A stretch of 63,612 nt of DNA, the filler included, from Diploschistes diacapsis (taxonomy: Eukaryota), in the NCBI GenBank assembly GCA_023645945.1. It is 17 parts of 17 records of this genome, joined end to end, with 100 filler letters (N's around TTAATTAATTAA, not from the genome) between each part and the next. Parts side by side here need not be neighbours in the genome. Positions count along the whole stretch, not along the records: positions 34,086 to 35,441 come from JALAIB010003247.1; positions 35,542 to 36,896 come from JALAIB010003248.1; positions 36,997 to 38,351 come from JALAIB010003249.1; positions 38,452 to 59,249 come from JALAIB010000325.1; 13 more parts are not named here. One strand, given 5' to 3'. The translations under genes were made by a program, and so were the position numbers. Each line of letters begins with the position of its first letter. The stretch's first letter is position 1. Shown here one piece after another: positions 35,141 through 48,402 of this stretch. The notes beneath the pieces are model-generated. The model worked only from the letters and a program-made list of their open reading frames with translations. It ran no database searches and was not told where the DNA came from.

Positions 35141-35303
35141 AAATTTAAATTTTAATATATTTATTATATTCCGTAAAATATCCGAATTTATATAATAAAA
35201 TTATTTTTTAAAATAAAAATTTAAATTTTAATAAATTTATTATATTATTAAATAAATTATAAATCTGAATTTTTACATTTATTTTATATTAATTATTTCT
35301 TAT

Positions 35304-35441
35304 TAGAACGCCCCTACAGGAATACTACACTACCGGGGGCTGGGCCTAATCCGGAAGGATTACGTGTAGCTGCAATCTGTAGGCTGAATGGTTCAGATTC
35401 GAAAAGGTAAGGAAGGAACTATCTAGGTGGGAGTAGGGCAC
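35304..35441 (+). mobile_element. LTR family B, second copy (truncated by contig end)
   Basis: Direct repeat of 34861-34998 with a few substitutions. Confidence 0.82.
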
Positions 35442-35541
35442 NNNNNNNNNNNNNNNNNNNNNNNNNNNNNNNNNNNNNNNNNNNNTTAATTAATTAANNN
35501 NNNNNNNNNNNNNNNNNNNNNNNNNNNNNNNNNNNNNNNNN

Positions 35542-36896
35542 GCTATATACCGCCTCATCTTCTCCAGCCCGATCTCCGCCTGCGCCTCCCCCCGATCCCG
35601 ATCCTCCACCCCCCGGTTCCCCATGTGGATGCCCATCACGTGCCTCGCGATCCGCTCGTCCTTCGCCCTGTTGTGCTCGTCCTTGACAATGAAGATCATG
35701 TCGAACCGGCTCAGGATCGTCGTCTGGAAATCGATGTTCTCCCCGGGACTCTTCATGTCGTCGTAGCGGCCGAAGATGGGGTTCGCGGCCGCCAGCACCG
35801 ACGTGCGCGCGTTCAGGATGGTCGTGATGCCCGCCTTGGCGATCGAAATGGTCTGCTGCTCCATGGCCTCGTGGATCGCCACCCGGTCCTCGTCGCGCAT
35901 CTTGTCGAACTCGTCGATGCACACCACCCCGCCGTCCGCCAGCACCATCGCGCCGCCCTCGAGGTAGAACTCGCGCGTCGTCGTGTCGCGCTGCACCGAC
36001 GCCGTCAGCCCCGCCGCCGACGACCCCTTGCCCGACGTGTAGATGGCGATGGGCGCCACCTTCTCCACGAACTTGAGCAGCTGGCTCTTCGCCGTGCCGG
36101 GGTCGCCCAGCAGCAGGACGTTGATGTCGCCCCGCAGCTTCATGCCGTCCGGGAGCACCTTCTTGCTCCCGCCGAACAGCAGGCACGCGATCGCCTTCTT
36201 GATGTCCGCGTTCCCGTAGATGCTCGGCGCGATGCAGCTGGCTAACACCTCGTACAGGTCCGGCCGCCGGCTCAGCTCCAGGAACTCCTGCTCCTCCTCT
36301 TCGCTGAAATGCATCGACCCTTTGGCCGTCTGGTCGACCTCGCTCTGTATCCCGACCGCGCGTAGGTAGGGGTTGCGGATGGCGACCGCGCTGGCGGCGC
36401 CCTTGCCGCCTTTGGACTGGTAGATGGAGAAGACGCCCATCACCATGCAGCGCGAGCCGGGGACCACGCGGTTTGTAAGGTATCGGTCTGCCGATACTAG
36501 GATGTGGCGCGGCAGCTCCCCTACCGGCACTTGGTCCGGCGCCTCCTGGATCTTGAGGACCTGCTGGTCGACAAAGCCGCATTTTTCGTGCACGACGAAA
36601 TACGGGTCCAGGGGACACCGATCCGACGCATCGTCGCTCGGGCCCTTGGACCTGCCGCATGTGCGTGGTAGAGTGACGCCCGTAAAGCCTCCGGTCACGG
36701 GGAGGAATTCTGGATGTTGGCAGTTCCGGCACTGGATGGCGAGGGTGGTGGCTTTCGATGAGAGGGTGGAGGCACCGATAACGATGCCGGGTATGCGCAC
36801 GAGGCGGGAGATGTGCAGCGCGTCAAGGTCGCGGATTGTCGTCTGTGTTGCGGTGGAGTGGAGGAGGAGTTGGTGTGGGGGGAGGGTGACTGGGGT
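35542..36896 (-). CDS. mcm5: DNA replication licensing factor MCM5, internal fragment (both ends missing)
   Basis: Zn finger CRNC..C..CPLDPY, Walker [26 protein letters not shown], Walker B IDEFDKM, arginine finger in [10 protein letters not shown]. The frame is open across the whole contig. Confidence 0.96.
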
Positions 36897-36996
36897 NNNN
36901 NNNNNNNNNNNNNNNNNNNNNNNNNNNNNNNNNNNNNNNNTTAATTAATTAANNNNNNNNNNNNNNNNNNNNNNNNNNNNNNNNNNNNNNNNNNNN

Positions 36997-37152
36997 GGAT
37001 ACGCTAAGCCTTATTACTTATACTATTCCTTAATCGGTCTAGTTAGAATTCCAGAAGGTTTAGCTGAACTGAACCTTGGAGTTCAGCTGAACTGAACCTC
37101 CCTCTGGAACTCAGTCGAACTCCCAGCATGCCTTCTGCCTGTCTGCTCAACA
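36997..37152 (-). mobile_element. Copia LTR family A, partial
   Basis: Matches 1926-2059 and ends CTGCTCAACA on the plus strand. Confidence 0.82.
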
Positions 37153-37634
37153 CGAACGATTTTAAATCCAATTTTTTCGTTAAATAACGCGTTTGTTCGT
37201 TAATACGATCTTTCGTTAGTTTAAGAATCTTTTAATTACGGCGAATGCGACGTTTACGTTAAAGACGACGATCTTTAATTTTACGGAATTATTTTTTTAA
37301 CTTTTCTTTTTATTTATTATCCTCGTTAATAAGCTTTTTATCTTTATCGATCTCTTCTTATATCGAAAGGATAGTTCGTTTAATTATTTTCTAAATAATA
37401 AAAATGTAATTCTTTTTATCGGATTTAGTATATCGAGCGTATTTAACGGAAATAAAAGGTATTCTAATATAATCGTGAGAAAACAAATAATGATTATAAG
37501 ATAATATATTTAGATAATTCTGAAGACGAATGATGGAATTTAGGCGTTTCTTTTGTTTTAAAGATAAAGAAGATATCGTTGTTTTATAACTTAGGATTTT
37601 CTTTTATTTAGTATTTATGTTTATTCTTCGGTAT

Positions 37635-38122
37635 TTGTCGGGCCGATAAAGCTGAAGGAAAGGGATAGTGTTACGATCCAAGTAACTAAATAATAGTTTA
37701 TTTAGTATTTCATAATTGATCGGGTCTAACCCAATCATTCTTTATATATAATTCAATTATGGTGATATTAGTCACGTGATGAGTAGAAAGCTTTAGAGGT
37801 TATTTTATTTTCTGTAAGTAGAACGGGAGAACGGTAGTTTTATTTATTTATTGATTTATTCCGTTAGGGAGCAGTTAGTTATATAAAAACACGCTATGGT
37901 TTTTATAAGTCGGGGTGTGTTTATTTTTATAGATATCTTTAGCGATTATTCGAGATCAATTTATATTCGTTTATCTTTATTATTAGATAGTAATCTTTTT
38001 AGAAATCAGAATAGACTTATTATCGATCTATTTCTTTTCCTTTTATATTCCTTTTCTACCAGAGACCAAACCCACCTTAATCAATACCTCGTGTCTACGT
38101 TGTAGAGATAGAGATCATAATA
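37635..38122 (+). mobile_element. Family C 3' LTR (37669-38122) with PPT
   Basis: GAAGGAAAGGGATAG|TGTTACGATCCA..GAGATCATAATA. Confidence 0.85.
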
Positions 38123-38451
38123 ATAAGGTCAAGGATTTAAAAGAGATAAAAAAGCTTTTAGGAATGAGAGTTCAGCGATAGCGTAGTTCAGGTTCAGGTT
38201 TAGTAAGTTTAGCTAAACAGACCCTAGATTAAGAAGCATACGTCGAAAAGATGCTCCAACGTTTCAAGATGATAACGGATATATACAAAAATTAAAAGAT
38301 ACCGTTCAATAGATACGACGGCATTAAATCAGATAAAAATCCTCCCAAACANNNNNNNNNNNNNNNNNNNNNNNNNNNNNNNNNNNNNNNNNNNNTTAAT
38401 TAATTAANNNNNNNNNNNNNNNNNNNNNNNNNNNNNNNNNNNNNNNNNNNN

Positions 38452-39818
38452 CCCTTCCACCGTCCGTCCCTCTCCCCTCCAGCCGACTCTCCCTCTCGTC
38501 CATCAGCATGTCAACCTTGTTCAGCGCCCAGTTCAGCCTGTTCTTCAGCCCCTTCACGCTGGCCTCCAGCTGCTCCGTCTCCTTCAGCTCGCGCATGCCC
38601 GCCAGCTCCATCAGCAGCACGAGCCGGCAGATCACGGTGCTGAGCAGGTAGCGCCACAGCACGCTGTTCATGATGTCCCACACCGCGATGAACACCAGGC
38701 TGGAGAACAGCATGGTGCCGAACAGCAGGTGGAAGAAGGCCATGAAGCTGGCCACGCAGTTCAGCAGGACCGCGAGCCGGCTCATCCGCTTGTGCTTGAG
38801 CAGCGACTCGAGGCCCTTGGGCTGGTTCGCGCAGATGGTGAACTCCTTCTGCAGCCACGACAGCTCGGCGCGGCGGTCGAGGAAGGTCTTGCTGCGCGTC
38901 AGCGGCGTGCTGGCCACGTCGCCGTTCGCGGCGCTCCTGCGGATCCGCTTCTCCGTGTGCGCAATCTCGACGTTGTAGCTGACGGCGGCCACCAGGTGGA
39001 TGGCGAAGGGAATCAGCGCCCACGCCAGCAGGCCGTAGTTCAGCGTGCAGCTCCAGCTCAGGATGGTGAGCGTGCCGAGCTCGATGGCGGTCTGGAAGAG
39101 GTTCGCGATGGAGCCCAGGACGAGCAAGTATTGCAGGGTGCCCATGATGCCGGCGCGCCAGGAAGGCTGCTTGAGGATCGCGACGCGGTTGACGCCCGTG
39201 CCGACGCAGGTGGCGGGGTCGTCGTAGGTGAAGATTCGCGTGGGCCAGACCGAAGGTGCGCCGATTGAGAGGAGGACGGAAAGAAGTGGGCGATGGGTTG
39301 AGAGGAGCGAGACTTCTGCTATGCGGGGCCCGAGCGTTGCGAGGAGAGTTGGCTAGCATAACAGAGTTAGCAAGGCAGGCAAAATGTTTGGCATCGCAAT
39401 ACGAATACCAAATGGGTTGAGAGACAAGAGGATGTTCGATTCATCATTCTGGGAGTGCTCCAGTCCAATTGATGGCAACACTTACCAGAATACCCAAAAT
39501 GACAGCCCCGGCTTGGTAGTTTTGGATGTAGGAAGGCCGCATGTTTGCCAGCATACAATCCTCGACGATGTAGCACCAGCCGAGAGGGCCCGAACCATTG
39601 TATTCTCCAAGTGCTTCGGACTGCCAGTAGGCTTGCACGGTGTCATTGCACACGGTAGTGGACAGGTTAGTGAGATACCCGACTTGGCCTGGATCAGCCC
39701 GGTCGTACCAATAGAACCAGTTCCGGAATTTCTCTGCCTGTACTATGGGAAGGGCAGCAAGAAGGAAGAGTGTGGAAAGGGAAGACATTGAAACCGCGCT
39801 CACAAACCGAGCAGACAT
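38452..39818 (-). CDS. Fungal multi-pass membrane protein of unknown function with signal peptide; exons 39818 (or 39788)-39486 and 39352-38452+, 3'-truncated
   Basis: Signal peptide MSSLSTLFLLAALPIVQA, a Cys-containing ectodomain, and intron GTAAGT..GCTAAC..TAG joining AVILGIL|PTLLATLGP in frame with ORF 38396-39145. Several hydrophobic helices and a coiled-coil-like tail. Confidence 0.8.
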
Positions 39819-41981
39819 TGCGAAATGGAGTAGATACGGCCCAGATGATTGAAAGCAGACTTGAGGAATCAAGAGCTGCAAAGCGCAAGAAATAACAGAT
39901 TTCTTATTGTTCAGCGGTCTGTAGTCGCCAAGCAGAAACAAGGCCGGCGCGACGACGAAGGAACAGAGAAAAGCCATCTACAGCATTTAGTACGCACCCA
40001 ATTCCCCCCGCTTTAGAGAAAGCCGTGTTGCAGAATGGGATGATTGAAGGCGACTGGACTGGTACCGGCCTGAACCTAGTACAGCGTCGTAGCGTTCTGT
40101 AGCATGGGCCGAAATGCCAGCGGTTCTCGATGTCAGCGGTTCCCGATGATAGATTAGTGTCAGGCTTTTGTCTTGAAGAAGTCTAGCAATCAACATTCGT
40201 CTCAGCCGTGCCGGCACCAACTCGGTAAAGAGTGGTGCTTGACCATTCAAAGTTCATGTTGTCCCGAGTAGTACTTAGACTTTTTAGGGGGGAGGTTCTG
40301 AGCTAATAGTTTATAATAGGTATATTGAAGCTTGAGGTTGCAGTGAGCGGAAAAGTCTAATCCTAGTTTAGTCTAGTATATATCTTAGCCAAACACTTTG
40401 AAGATGGTGATGGTGATGGTGGTGATGATGATCCCACCTCATTTTCCTCCTTTATGCTGCCAAATAAATGCTGCATCAGCCCATGAGCTCTGACAGCGAG
40501 ATCCATAAGTCCATAACGTTGAAATCCGGGAGTGGGAGTATTTGATATGAAGAACATATTAAAAGCAAAGCCGTGAAGCTTATCCTATAGCGACAAAAAT
40601 GAACGGCATCTCTTTCACAGACCAAAATCCCTAATCAAATGAATAACGATAACGATGGAGATACATGTTGCCAGCACTCAAGCTACCCCTTGAGTGAGCG
40701 GAGAACAGTCAACTGCATGATATATGCTGCGAGAAGCGTGCGTACTATACGAGAGCCATAGCGTCAGCGTTTGAGAACGAGCTACCCTGTCAAGTGGCAT
40801 TCTTGGAGGGGGAACGAAGCTTTCAAGGTCTTGTATTTGATTCCCAACGTTGCTTTGTACGAATTTTGAGGTCGAAAAAGCTTTGCAGGCTCAGCTTCGA
40901 ATAAAGGATTTTCGAGCGTTCGGGTTTCTCAAGGTCGGTGCCTTCCCATCCGTGGTCGCTCTGGTTACTCCTTCGATTCCGCTTAGACAAGGAAGAGAGC
41001 CTTTACTTTTCTGTGGGCTACGCTAGATATGAGAAGGAGAAGACTGGAATAGAAAAGCTCAATAAGATTAGTCTCTTCCAATAAGGAAGTAACGGGATGA
41101 GATTAAACGTCGGAAGAAAGGTAGAAGGATGTATGTTCCTCATACACAACGTTAGTAGAATACTGTATCACGTAGAGTTTTATTATTGGTATAAAGGGTT
41201 GAAAAACACGTGTCACGGCGCTAAGAACGGTAAAATCCAGAATAAATAGCGACAAGGGAAGGAAGGTATCCGCATGCTAGGATAGAAGAACAAAATATAT
41301 GCATTAACAACGTAGGCAGGAAAGTGTGGTTATCCGTCTGCACGGTACAAAGTACAAAGGTGCATCACGCAGGTACCTAGCTTGCTTCATGGGAAGAAAT
41401 TGTAGGTGTTCCAGTCATAGCTCGCTTTGGCCGACAGCAACCGTGTCTAACCAGGGCTCTCTGCCCGATTCATGTACGTGATATATACACACACGTCCAA
41501 ACTTTGGAGCGGCTGCGTCTCTTAACAAGGCAGTAATTAGGCTGAGAAGCAGGAAGCAGACCAAACCTTGTTGCATTGTTGCACTCGACAAATATCTTCA
41601 ACGTTGAAGCCCGTAGTTGCCTCCCTTTCTTTTCATTACTTCCGCACCATCCTCAAGTTCTTCTCGGTCGCCGTATACATCCGATCGTTTTTGTAATATT
41701 ATGCATCGAATCGAAGCCGCGTATATTCGTTAGCCTCCAGAATAATTCCAACCCGATATCGAGAGCATATCACGCTTCGCCGTAGGCAAATAAAACAAAG
41801 TGAAGAGTACAACACTATTCCCAACAGAACCGAGAAAAATGGGAGTATAGCAAACTCGCTAAGGTCGGACTCTGAAAGGCGGTCGCGAAAAATCATGGCT
41901 GGGTATCTCAACATAGTAAATGGCATAAATGTGTGAAAAAACCAAAAAAGTGTCTCAAAACGCAGAGAGCGGTAGTTGTCG

Positions 41982-44900
41982 TTAAAGAGCAAGACCAGTG
42001 CCGGCTGCTGTCCAACGATACAGTGAGAGCACTTCGCGCCGGAGTTGCTGCTGCTGGCCAAAGTCTTCCGGGATCCGGCCCTTGACCTGGACCAAAGCAG
42101 ATCTCATCACTTTCCTAAAGTTACGCTATTCCACAGGTGTTAGGGCGGAGTCTGGCGAAGGATCAAGCAGTTGCCAAGCTTACCTGATACTCGGTATTCA
42201 GCGTGACAACACACGCTTCAACGGCTCGGACTATTGTGCTGCAAGCATTCACCACGTTCGAGCTCGCTTCGCCTTGAAGCTTGTCGGCAATGAGCAAAAG
42301 GAGGAAACTTCCTTGCAGGAGGTAAATGTCAAAGAAGAAAGGCATGAAACCAAGATCCGGGTCGTGCTCGAGAATATCGGCGACGGCTTCGGCGCCGCTG
42401 ACGGCGTGTTGCATGGCAGACATGAACGACTGCGACGAGATCCACAGGTCCGAGTCGTCGAGGAGGGAGATGGGGTCCCATTTGCCGTGAAGAAGAATAT
42501 GGAGCACGTGCAGCACGTGGGTGCCGTAGGCAATTACAATCTTGCTCTGTAGAACACTTTCCGTCATGCGCGACGATCCGGAGGCAGCCGAGCGAACTGA
42601 TGGTGTGCCGGCCTCTGCACGGTATTCTGGGTCCACGAAGCGTGCCTCGAATCCTTTCAAGCTCTCTCTGTAGACCTCAAGGTGCTGGGTTATTTCAGCC
42701 GCCTGTTGGTCCCAGTCGGACGTCTGACGAAAGGTGAGGCCGAATCGAGGGTGGTTGCGAGCTTGATTGAGTTCGACCACTTCGCCCAAGATAGTCATCA
42801 ATGGGGTAAAGTATCCAAATATGCTGTGGGAAGTACATTCGAAGGTCGGACCACGACGACGTGGTGGGCAGGACGGATCAGCAAACATGCTGGACCCCCC
42901 CGTGTAGACGACGTCAGCCTGCCACCTGTTTTCCGAAACAGGCTGCAAAAGATCTGCACATTCGGCATCAAGGAGGAAGAGGGGTTTGTTGTAGGCGAGT
43001 GCCAGATGACGGTCGACCGTGTAGAGAAGCCACCACATGCGGCGTCGTTCTTCCCGTTCTTCTTCCGTGTAGGTTCCAGGGGGCGTATTTAAAGGATGGG
43101 CGGACATGCTCCTGCTCCTGCGCTGGTCTCCCATGTCGATGTCAACGTCACCGTCAGCGTCGACATCATCCGGATGAGAAGACCTTGGGCGGGATGGCGG
43201 AGGATTTGGCGGCAATTCACGCCCAAGCTTCAGTTCTCGAGCGAGAGACCACGCAGCATTCCACCATCGCAGACTTGCCGCCTTGCATTCCGATGCCGAA
43301 ACCACGGTAGCAAGGTGGAAATACGTTGCAATGTCATCGAGGGTGGCGGTGGGGCCGTCACCGTCTGACATATGGTCGCCATTGGACGGTACGCCCAGAC
43401 CGCTCAATGATACGCCGTTGGCAATAAGATTGGTGCCGAAACTTATGGAAACATCAATGCCTGGCCCATGGATCAAAGGTCTCAAGAGCCCGACGGTCAA
43501 CTCCAGGAGCTTTTGACAGATAGGACCTCGGGCAGAAGGGGGAGACGCCAAGAACGGGGCATCGCTGGTTTGAGCAGATACCCAGAGCATGCTTGCCAGA
43601 AGGGCAGAGCTGCATTGCCTCGGGTGGGTGGGATGCAAAAAGGATTTCTTCCGGAAAATGAAGCCCAACAGGTACGGTGAGAACGGGTGCATTTGTGCGG
43701 ACGAAAAGCTTGTGAAATAAAGATCTAGCAGATCGCATGCCAGAGAAATGGGGATGACGCACTTGAGCTTCGAGATGATTGGTTGAAGAACGGGATACCG
43801 TAGAGTGTTCTGGGCGCCAAGCAAGTTACTTGGGAAGTTGCTGCTATTCGGCGAAGGCGTTGAAAGCCAGCCGGGAGATGCATTGACTGCGAGGAAGTTC
43901 GCCAACGGACTGTCGGCGGTTCTTGTGAATGGATAGTGGTTTTGTACAAGTGGCTCTTGCGCGTTCATCGGTGGAAAGCCGGCATCGTTGTAACATGCGA
44001 AGCTGCTGGGAGTGCCGAGTGCTTGCGGAAGCTGCTGCATCATTGATGGGCCCATAGGAACTTGCCCATTGATATGGTGTATGACCACCGTCTGGTCTGG
44101 AACTATGTTGTAGTTGTTGTTGACCGGCATAATCGCGGAACCTGCTTCCATGGAACTTCTCTGGGAACTATCTTCCGGAATTCCATCCAGTGGTAGGATG
44201 TGGTTGCTCTGTATTCCGTCCGAGCTCATGCCCATGCTGTGTGGTCTCATGACCGGGTGATCGACCATATGGCCGCCATTTGGCTGAGGTGTCATTGATT
44301 CTTCCGAGACCGTGCTTCGGGACCTCGATGGCATTGCAGAACGGGGCGGTGAAGGAAGCCCGCTCTGTGCTAGAAGGCTGCTATCGACACTCGTCCCAGA
44401 GATGACGGCAGCATTGTGGTCTTCGGGGAGTGTTAGTGTGACGGGACTGTCGGCTCCCGATCCAGTGCCAGCTGCTGCGGCCGTTGCTTGCTGCTGAGCA
44501 ATGTCTTTGCGTGAAGCCTTCCCTCGCTTCTTCCTCTCCCGGAAGTACTCACAGGCAAGACTGCACTCTTGGATTCAGTGTCAGTCCAGGTCACAGGGGC
44601 CACGACAACATCCCGAATGCTTACCTATACAGTGAGCGCATGGGGTTTGGCCGTCACATTTCGTTCGCAACTGGTTGCACTGATCGCAGGCTCGGCTTAT
44701 CCTTCGTCTTACTGAACTTGGGCTGCTCCTATTGTCAGTTGCATGACTGCCGTGTCTTGAATCTTTGCTTTTGCTAATAACGTTGATCGGACTGCGCAAA
44801 GTGTCGTATGGGTGGTGTCGTACCCTCGTGGCGCTTTTCATGACTGGGCCAATTCCATGGCCTCGGAGCGACAGTGGCTGGACTGGATGGAGTGCGAATG

Positions 44901-45054
44901 GCGATGCATTGCTGAAAGACTCCAAGCCGGAAGTCTGTATTCTCTGGGAGCTAGCGTATTCAGAAGCGTGAAGGTTTATGTCGGAAGGCCGTGGACTGAG
45001 AATCTGAGGGTAGTTGTGGTGCAGCGTGGAAATCATGCTGGAGGATTCCGTCAT
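41982..45054 (-). CDS. xlnR: Xylanolytic Zn2Cys6 transcription factor XlnR/Xyr1; exons 45054 (or 45036)-44625, 44567-42184, 42125-41982
   Basis: [107 protein letters not shown]...GTGLAL*. Confidence 0.96.
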
Positions 45055-47739
45055 AGGCACAATGTCAATCCTCAAAGCTAAACCATGCGCCACGATCTTC
45101 TTTCATACCGGCACGCCTGGTGTGGCGGCGAGTTATCCTATCGCGGTAGAATCACCGAAACTTGGTGGCCGTGTTCGGAGAATCGGGACCTGATGTACGG
45201 AGGTATACCGAGTGTAACAGAGCAGGCTGGTGTGAGACTTCTTTGTATGGAGGATTTCCGCAGTGTAGAAGCGATAGAGTGCGCGATGAGGGGACTGAAG
45301 GATGATATAGCAATTGCCCCCATAGTGGGAATGAATGCACTAGACACCACCTGCTTTTGTACTATGTGGCAGCGCTGACAAGTACATGTAGCAGCGTAGC
45401 TCAGAGTGCTACACCATCCTCAAGTCATTGCCACACCGTATATCACCTTCTAAAGTATCACTAGAGTGGTGCAGTCGGGCACTACCAGGTACTACCTTCG
45501 TCCTACTACCAGAGCACGGGGTTTGGTAAATGATATGGCCAGGGAAAGAGCCCTAGAGAATAACAAAGTAAATCGTCGATGATCTTTAATCTGGCGCCAG
45601 ACCCAATGGACGAGAATTCAACATACCAAGCATATCGTTGACAGCATGTGGCCTGGCTGTTCGCTTGCCGGCCGTCTTCTTGAGACTGAAAATAGTATAC
45701 TGGTAGACTGGTAGTAGAGTCTCAATAGTATGGAGTAGCGCACAAAAAGGCCCTCACACTAGATTGGTATTTGACTTGAAGGGCAGTTATTAGAATTCTA
45801 GGGTGAAGGGCGTTGGGATGCTAGTGCGGCCAGCAAGCGTGGATGGGGTGGGAACGCTGCATGTAGCATCTGCAGGTAAGTTGCCTGGCCCAGGGCTCTC
45901 TCCTAGGCCTTTTTGTTTCGTAACAAAATCGCTCCCATTGTATCCAGTACCGTTATTGGATACCTGCCAAATGCTCTGTATGTAACATTCTTTTTCCAAG
46001 GCTGTCTGCCGCCGCTCCTCTAGTTTGCAGTTTGCCAGGAGACAGAGATACTCGAAGAAGGTGCGGAGAAAGTATCCTGGTAACCCACTGCAACCACACC
46101 AGTTTCCAACGGTCAAGAATAGGTCGTGCATACCTACTGTCTCTGGGAAAGAGAGCTTAGCAAGGCACCGAATGTTATGATGTCCAAGCAACGGAGGTTG
46201 AGCGACCACTACTATGTCCCGGACCAGTTTGGTACAATAGCTGTTGTTGTCTACGCTGGAAACCCACCACGATGACGCTCGTTGTATGACCGGCCTATGG
46301 CCAACACGATCTTGCTGGCATACCGCCATTTCTCTCCAAGCGAGCACCGAGCGGCACAACGTCGTCTGGACCAAGTAGAAATTCATTTGAGCCAGAGAGT
46401 CGGAGCGCCTCTTCGAACAACACAGATAACAGCGCGCAGAAGAGAACCTCTGTGATCTCATTCACCATGCTTTGTGCAATAACAACCAAGTCACCATAGA
46501 AAGAGGATTCCGCACAGAAAGCATGGAGAACGGGCTGTGTGGCTGCGACACCGCCTTTGTCAACGCATCAAGCAATCCTCTAACACTACCATCTAATAAC
46601 GGCGTCAAGTTCTTTTGCACAGCACGATGGAGACGATATACGCTCGGATACAAGTAGATGAGCGTGCAATATGATGAATGTCCAGTAGCCAGCGAGATAT
46701 GGCCGTAAATACTCCAAAAGGTCGCAAACATAAGCGCTTTGTGAAGATCGGAAATTCCATACCTTTGGCCACTGGGCTTAAGGCTTCTCCAAACTATCGT
46801 ACTCTGCTTTAATCGCTGCTGTTTGCAAGCAGACAATATAGAGCTGTTGAACCAGAGGCCTCACGAAAGATTCCTGGAGGGTCCAATTCCAGAGTTCGGG
46901 AAGTCTGCGATCCTAGGACCAGGAGCCGAAGGGTGAACGTGCTGCGAACTTCGCAGCCTCAGAGCCCGCTAGTCAGGAACTGAACTTCCTGTTTCATAAA
47001 AGTTTGTGGAGAACCCCTACGCTGTGGATCTTAGTGATGGCACTCAAATGCCGTGACTTTCACAATCCTGGTGTCCATCTCCTGGCCATTATATGTTCTG
47101 GCTCTCAATATTTCCCGGTACAACCGAGAGATTAATGGAAAGTCACAAGTCAAGTAGAGCAATAGACCATGTCGTAGGTATAGAATCCTTCAACAATGCA
47201 GAAGCTTCAAACCATTCTAGGAACGGAAGCTTGTTCACAGGTGCGGCGGTCTCAAGCTGGTCGAACCAAACAGTCATCCTCCGTAGGCTACAGTGGTAGG
47301 AATTTAGAGCCGGGAATCAACTCTGCATCGACCGCAGTGCTGCCGGCACCTGCCACTTTATCACATACAGATCGACTAGCTTGGTCAAGGTCTTGCGGAG
47401 TCACCTCTACACATGAGACCAAAGCTTTATTCCTGCATCGTTATCGATAACTGTTGGCCTTGGAAATCTCAGAACTGGCATTTCGAGCCACGGTCCCTTG
47501 ACCTGCCATAATGTGATCCTGAGAAGTGAAAAGCACGTGGGCAGAACTCAAATGCTAGTGCTATCCAATTCGACTTGCAGCGATGCAAGATGTTGTTGAT
47601 ACGAAAAGCCTTCAGGGTTTTGAGCGCACTGCAATTCGCTGGAGTATCTCTTCGTTCTTAAAAATTAATGTGGGGGTCATGCTGGGTGCCACGGAGAGCC
47701 ATTGTCACTCATGCTCAACCAGCCCAGACGGTTTCCCCC

Positions 47740-48112
47740 TCAATGCACCCCCCAGCATGGTCGAAGTCTAACAAAAGTTGGTGAATGCCACAGACCAGGG
47801 CGGCTTTGGGTGAGGTTAGGACGGGAAATGACCCTAAGAAACGGCAGCTTTGGAATGGGATTGCCCCGAGAGCTGTTGTTGTAATTGACAGCGACGACGA
47901 GCAGATTCCATAACATGTCACACGCGCGTGGAGTGCGTATCTCTGCTTGGTCGGAAACTAAGCCTTGCAGTATGTCATCGGCTCCTAAGTTCCCTAATGT
48001 TATAGTATTGATCAGCATAGAGATCGCAGGCATAATGAGGGACTCAGGCCCAATGAGCTGGCGCACGGTGTGTATCTGTTGTTGCTTTGATGACCGTTGG
48101 TTCGTTGGACAT
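47740..48112 (-). other. Possible small or decayed gene (exons 48112-48067, 47993-47740; about 99 aa)
   Basis: ATG, GTGCGC donor, CTGAT branch and TAG acceptor join in frame with ORF 47740-48066. No recognisable domain. Confidence 0.25.
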
Positions 48113-48217
48113 TGAAAGTCCGGGTTTTTACAAATAAGGCTGCCTCACGTGACTCCCGCGCCTGAAGCGGAAAGGCGTCTGGATTAATTCGACTTCATTT
48201 TTCTCTCTCCTCCAATT

Positions 48218-48402
48218 GCCTCCACCTCACCTCCACCTCCACCTCCACCTCCACCTCCACGCTCTCCGTTTACCTGTCATCGGTACGGTGGTTGTAGCTA
48301 TTTCTGTCCACAACGTCTGTGGCCTTCGGCCGAAGAGGCCAGTTTGGTTCAAGCTCCTTCCTCTCCTTCCTCTTCCTCTTCCTCTTCTTCTTCTTCTTCT
48401 TC
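48218..48402 (+). repeat. (CTCCAC)n and (CTT/CCT)n pyrimidine repeats
   Basis: Hexamer array about 48218-48260 and trinucleotide-type array about 48354-48402. Confidence 0.85.

Noticed and set aside
23880..38351. AT-rich contigs as mitochondrial, bacterial or contaminant DNA
   Set aside because: They contain recognisable fungal transposon proteins with transition-type stops and multi-copy LTRs, so they are RIP-mutated nuclear repeats.
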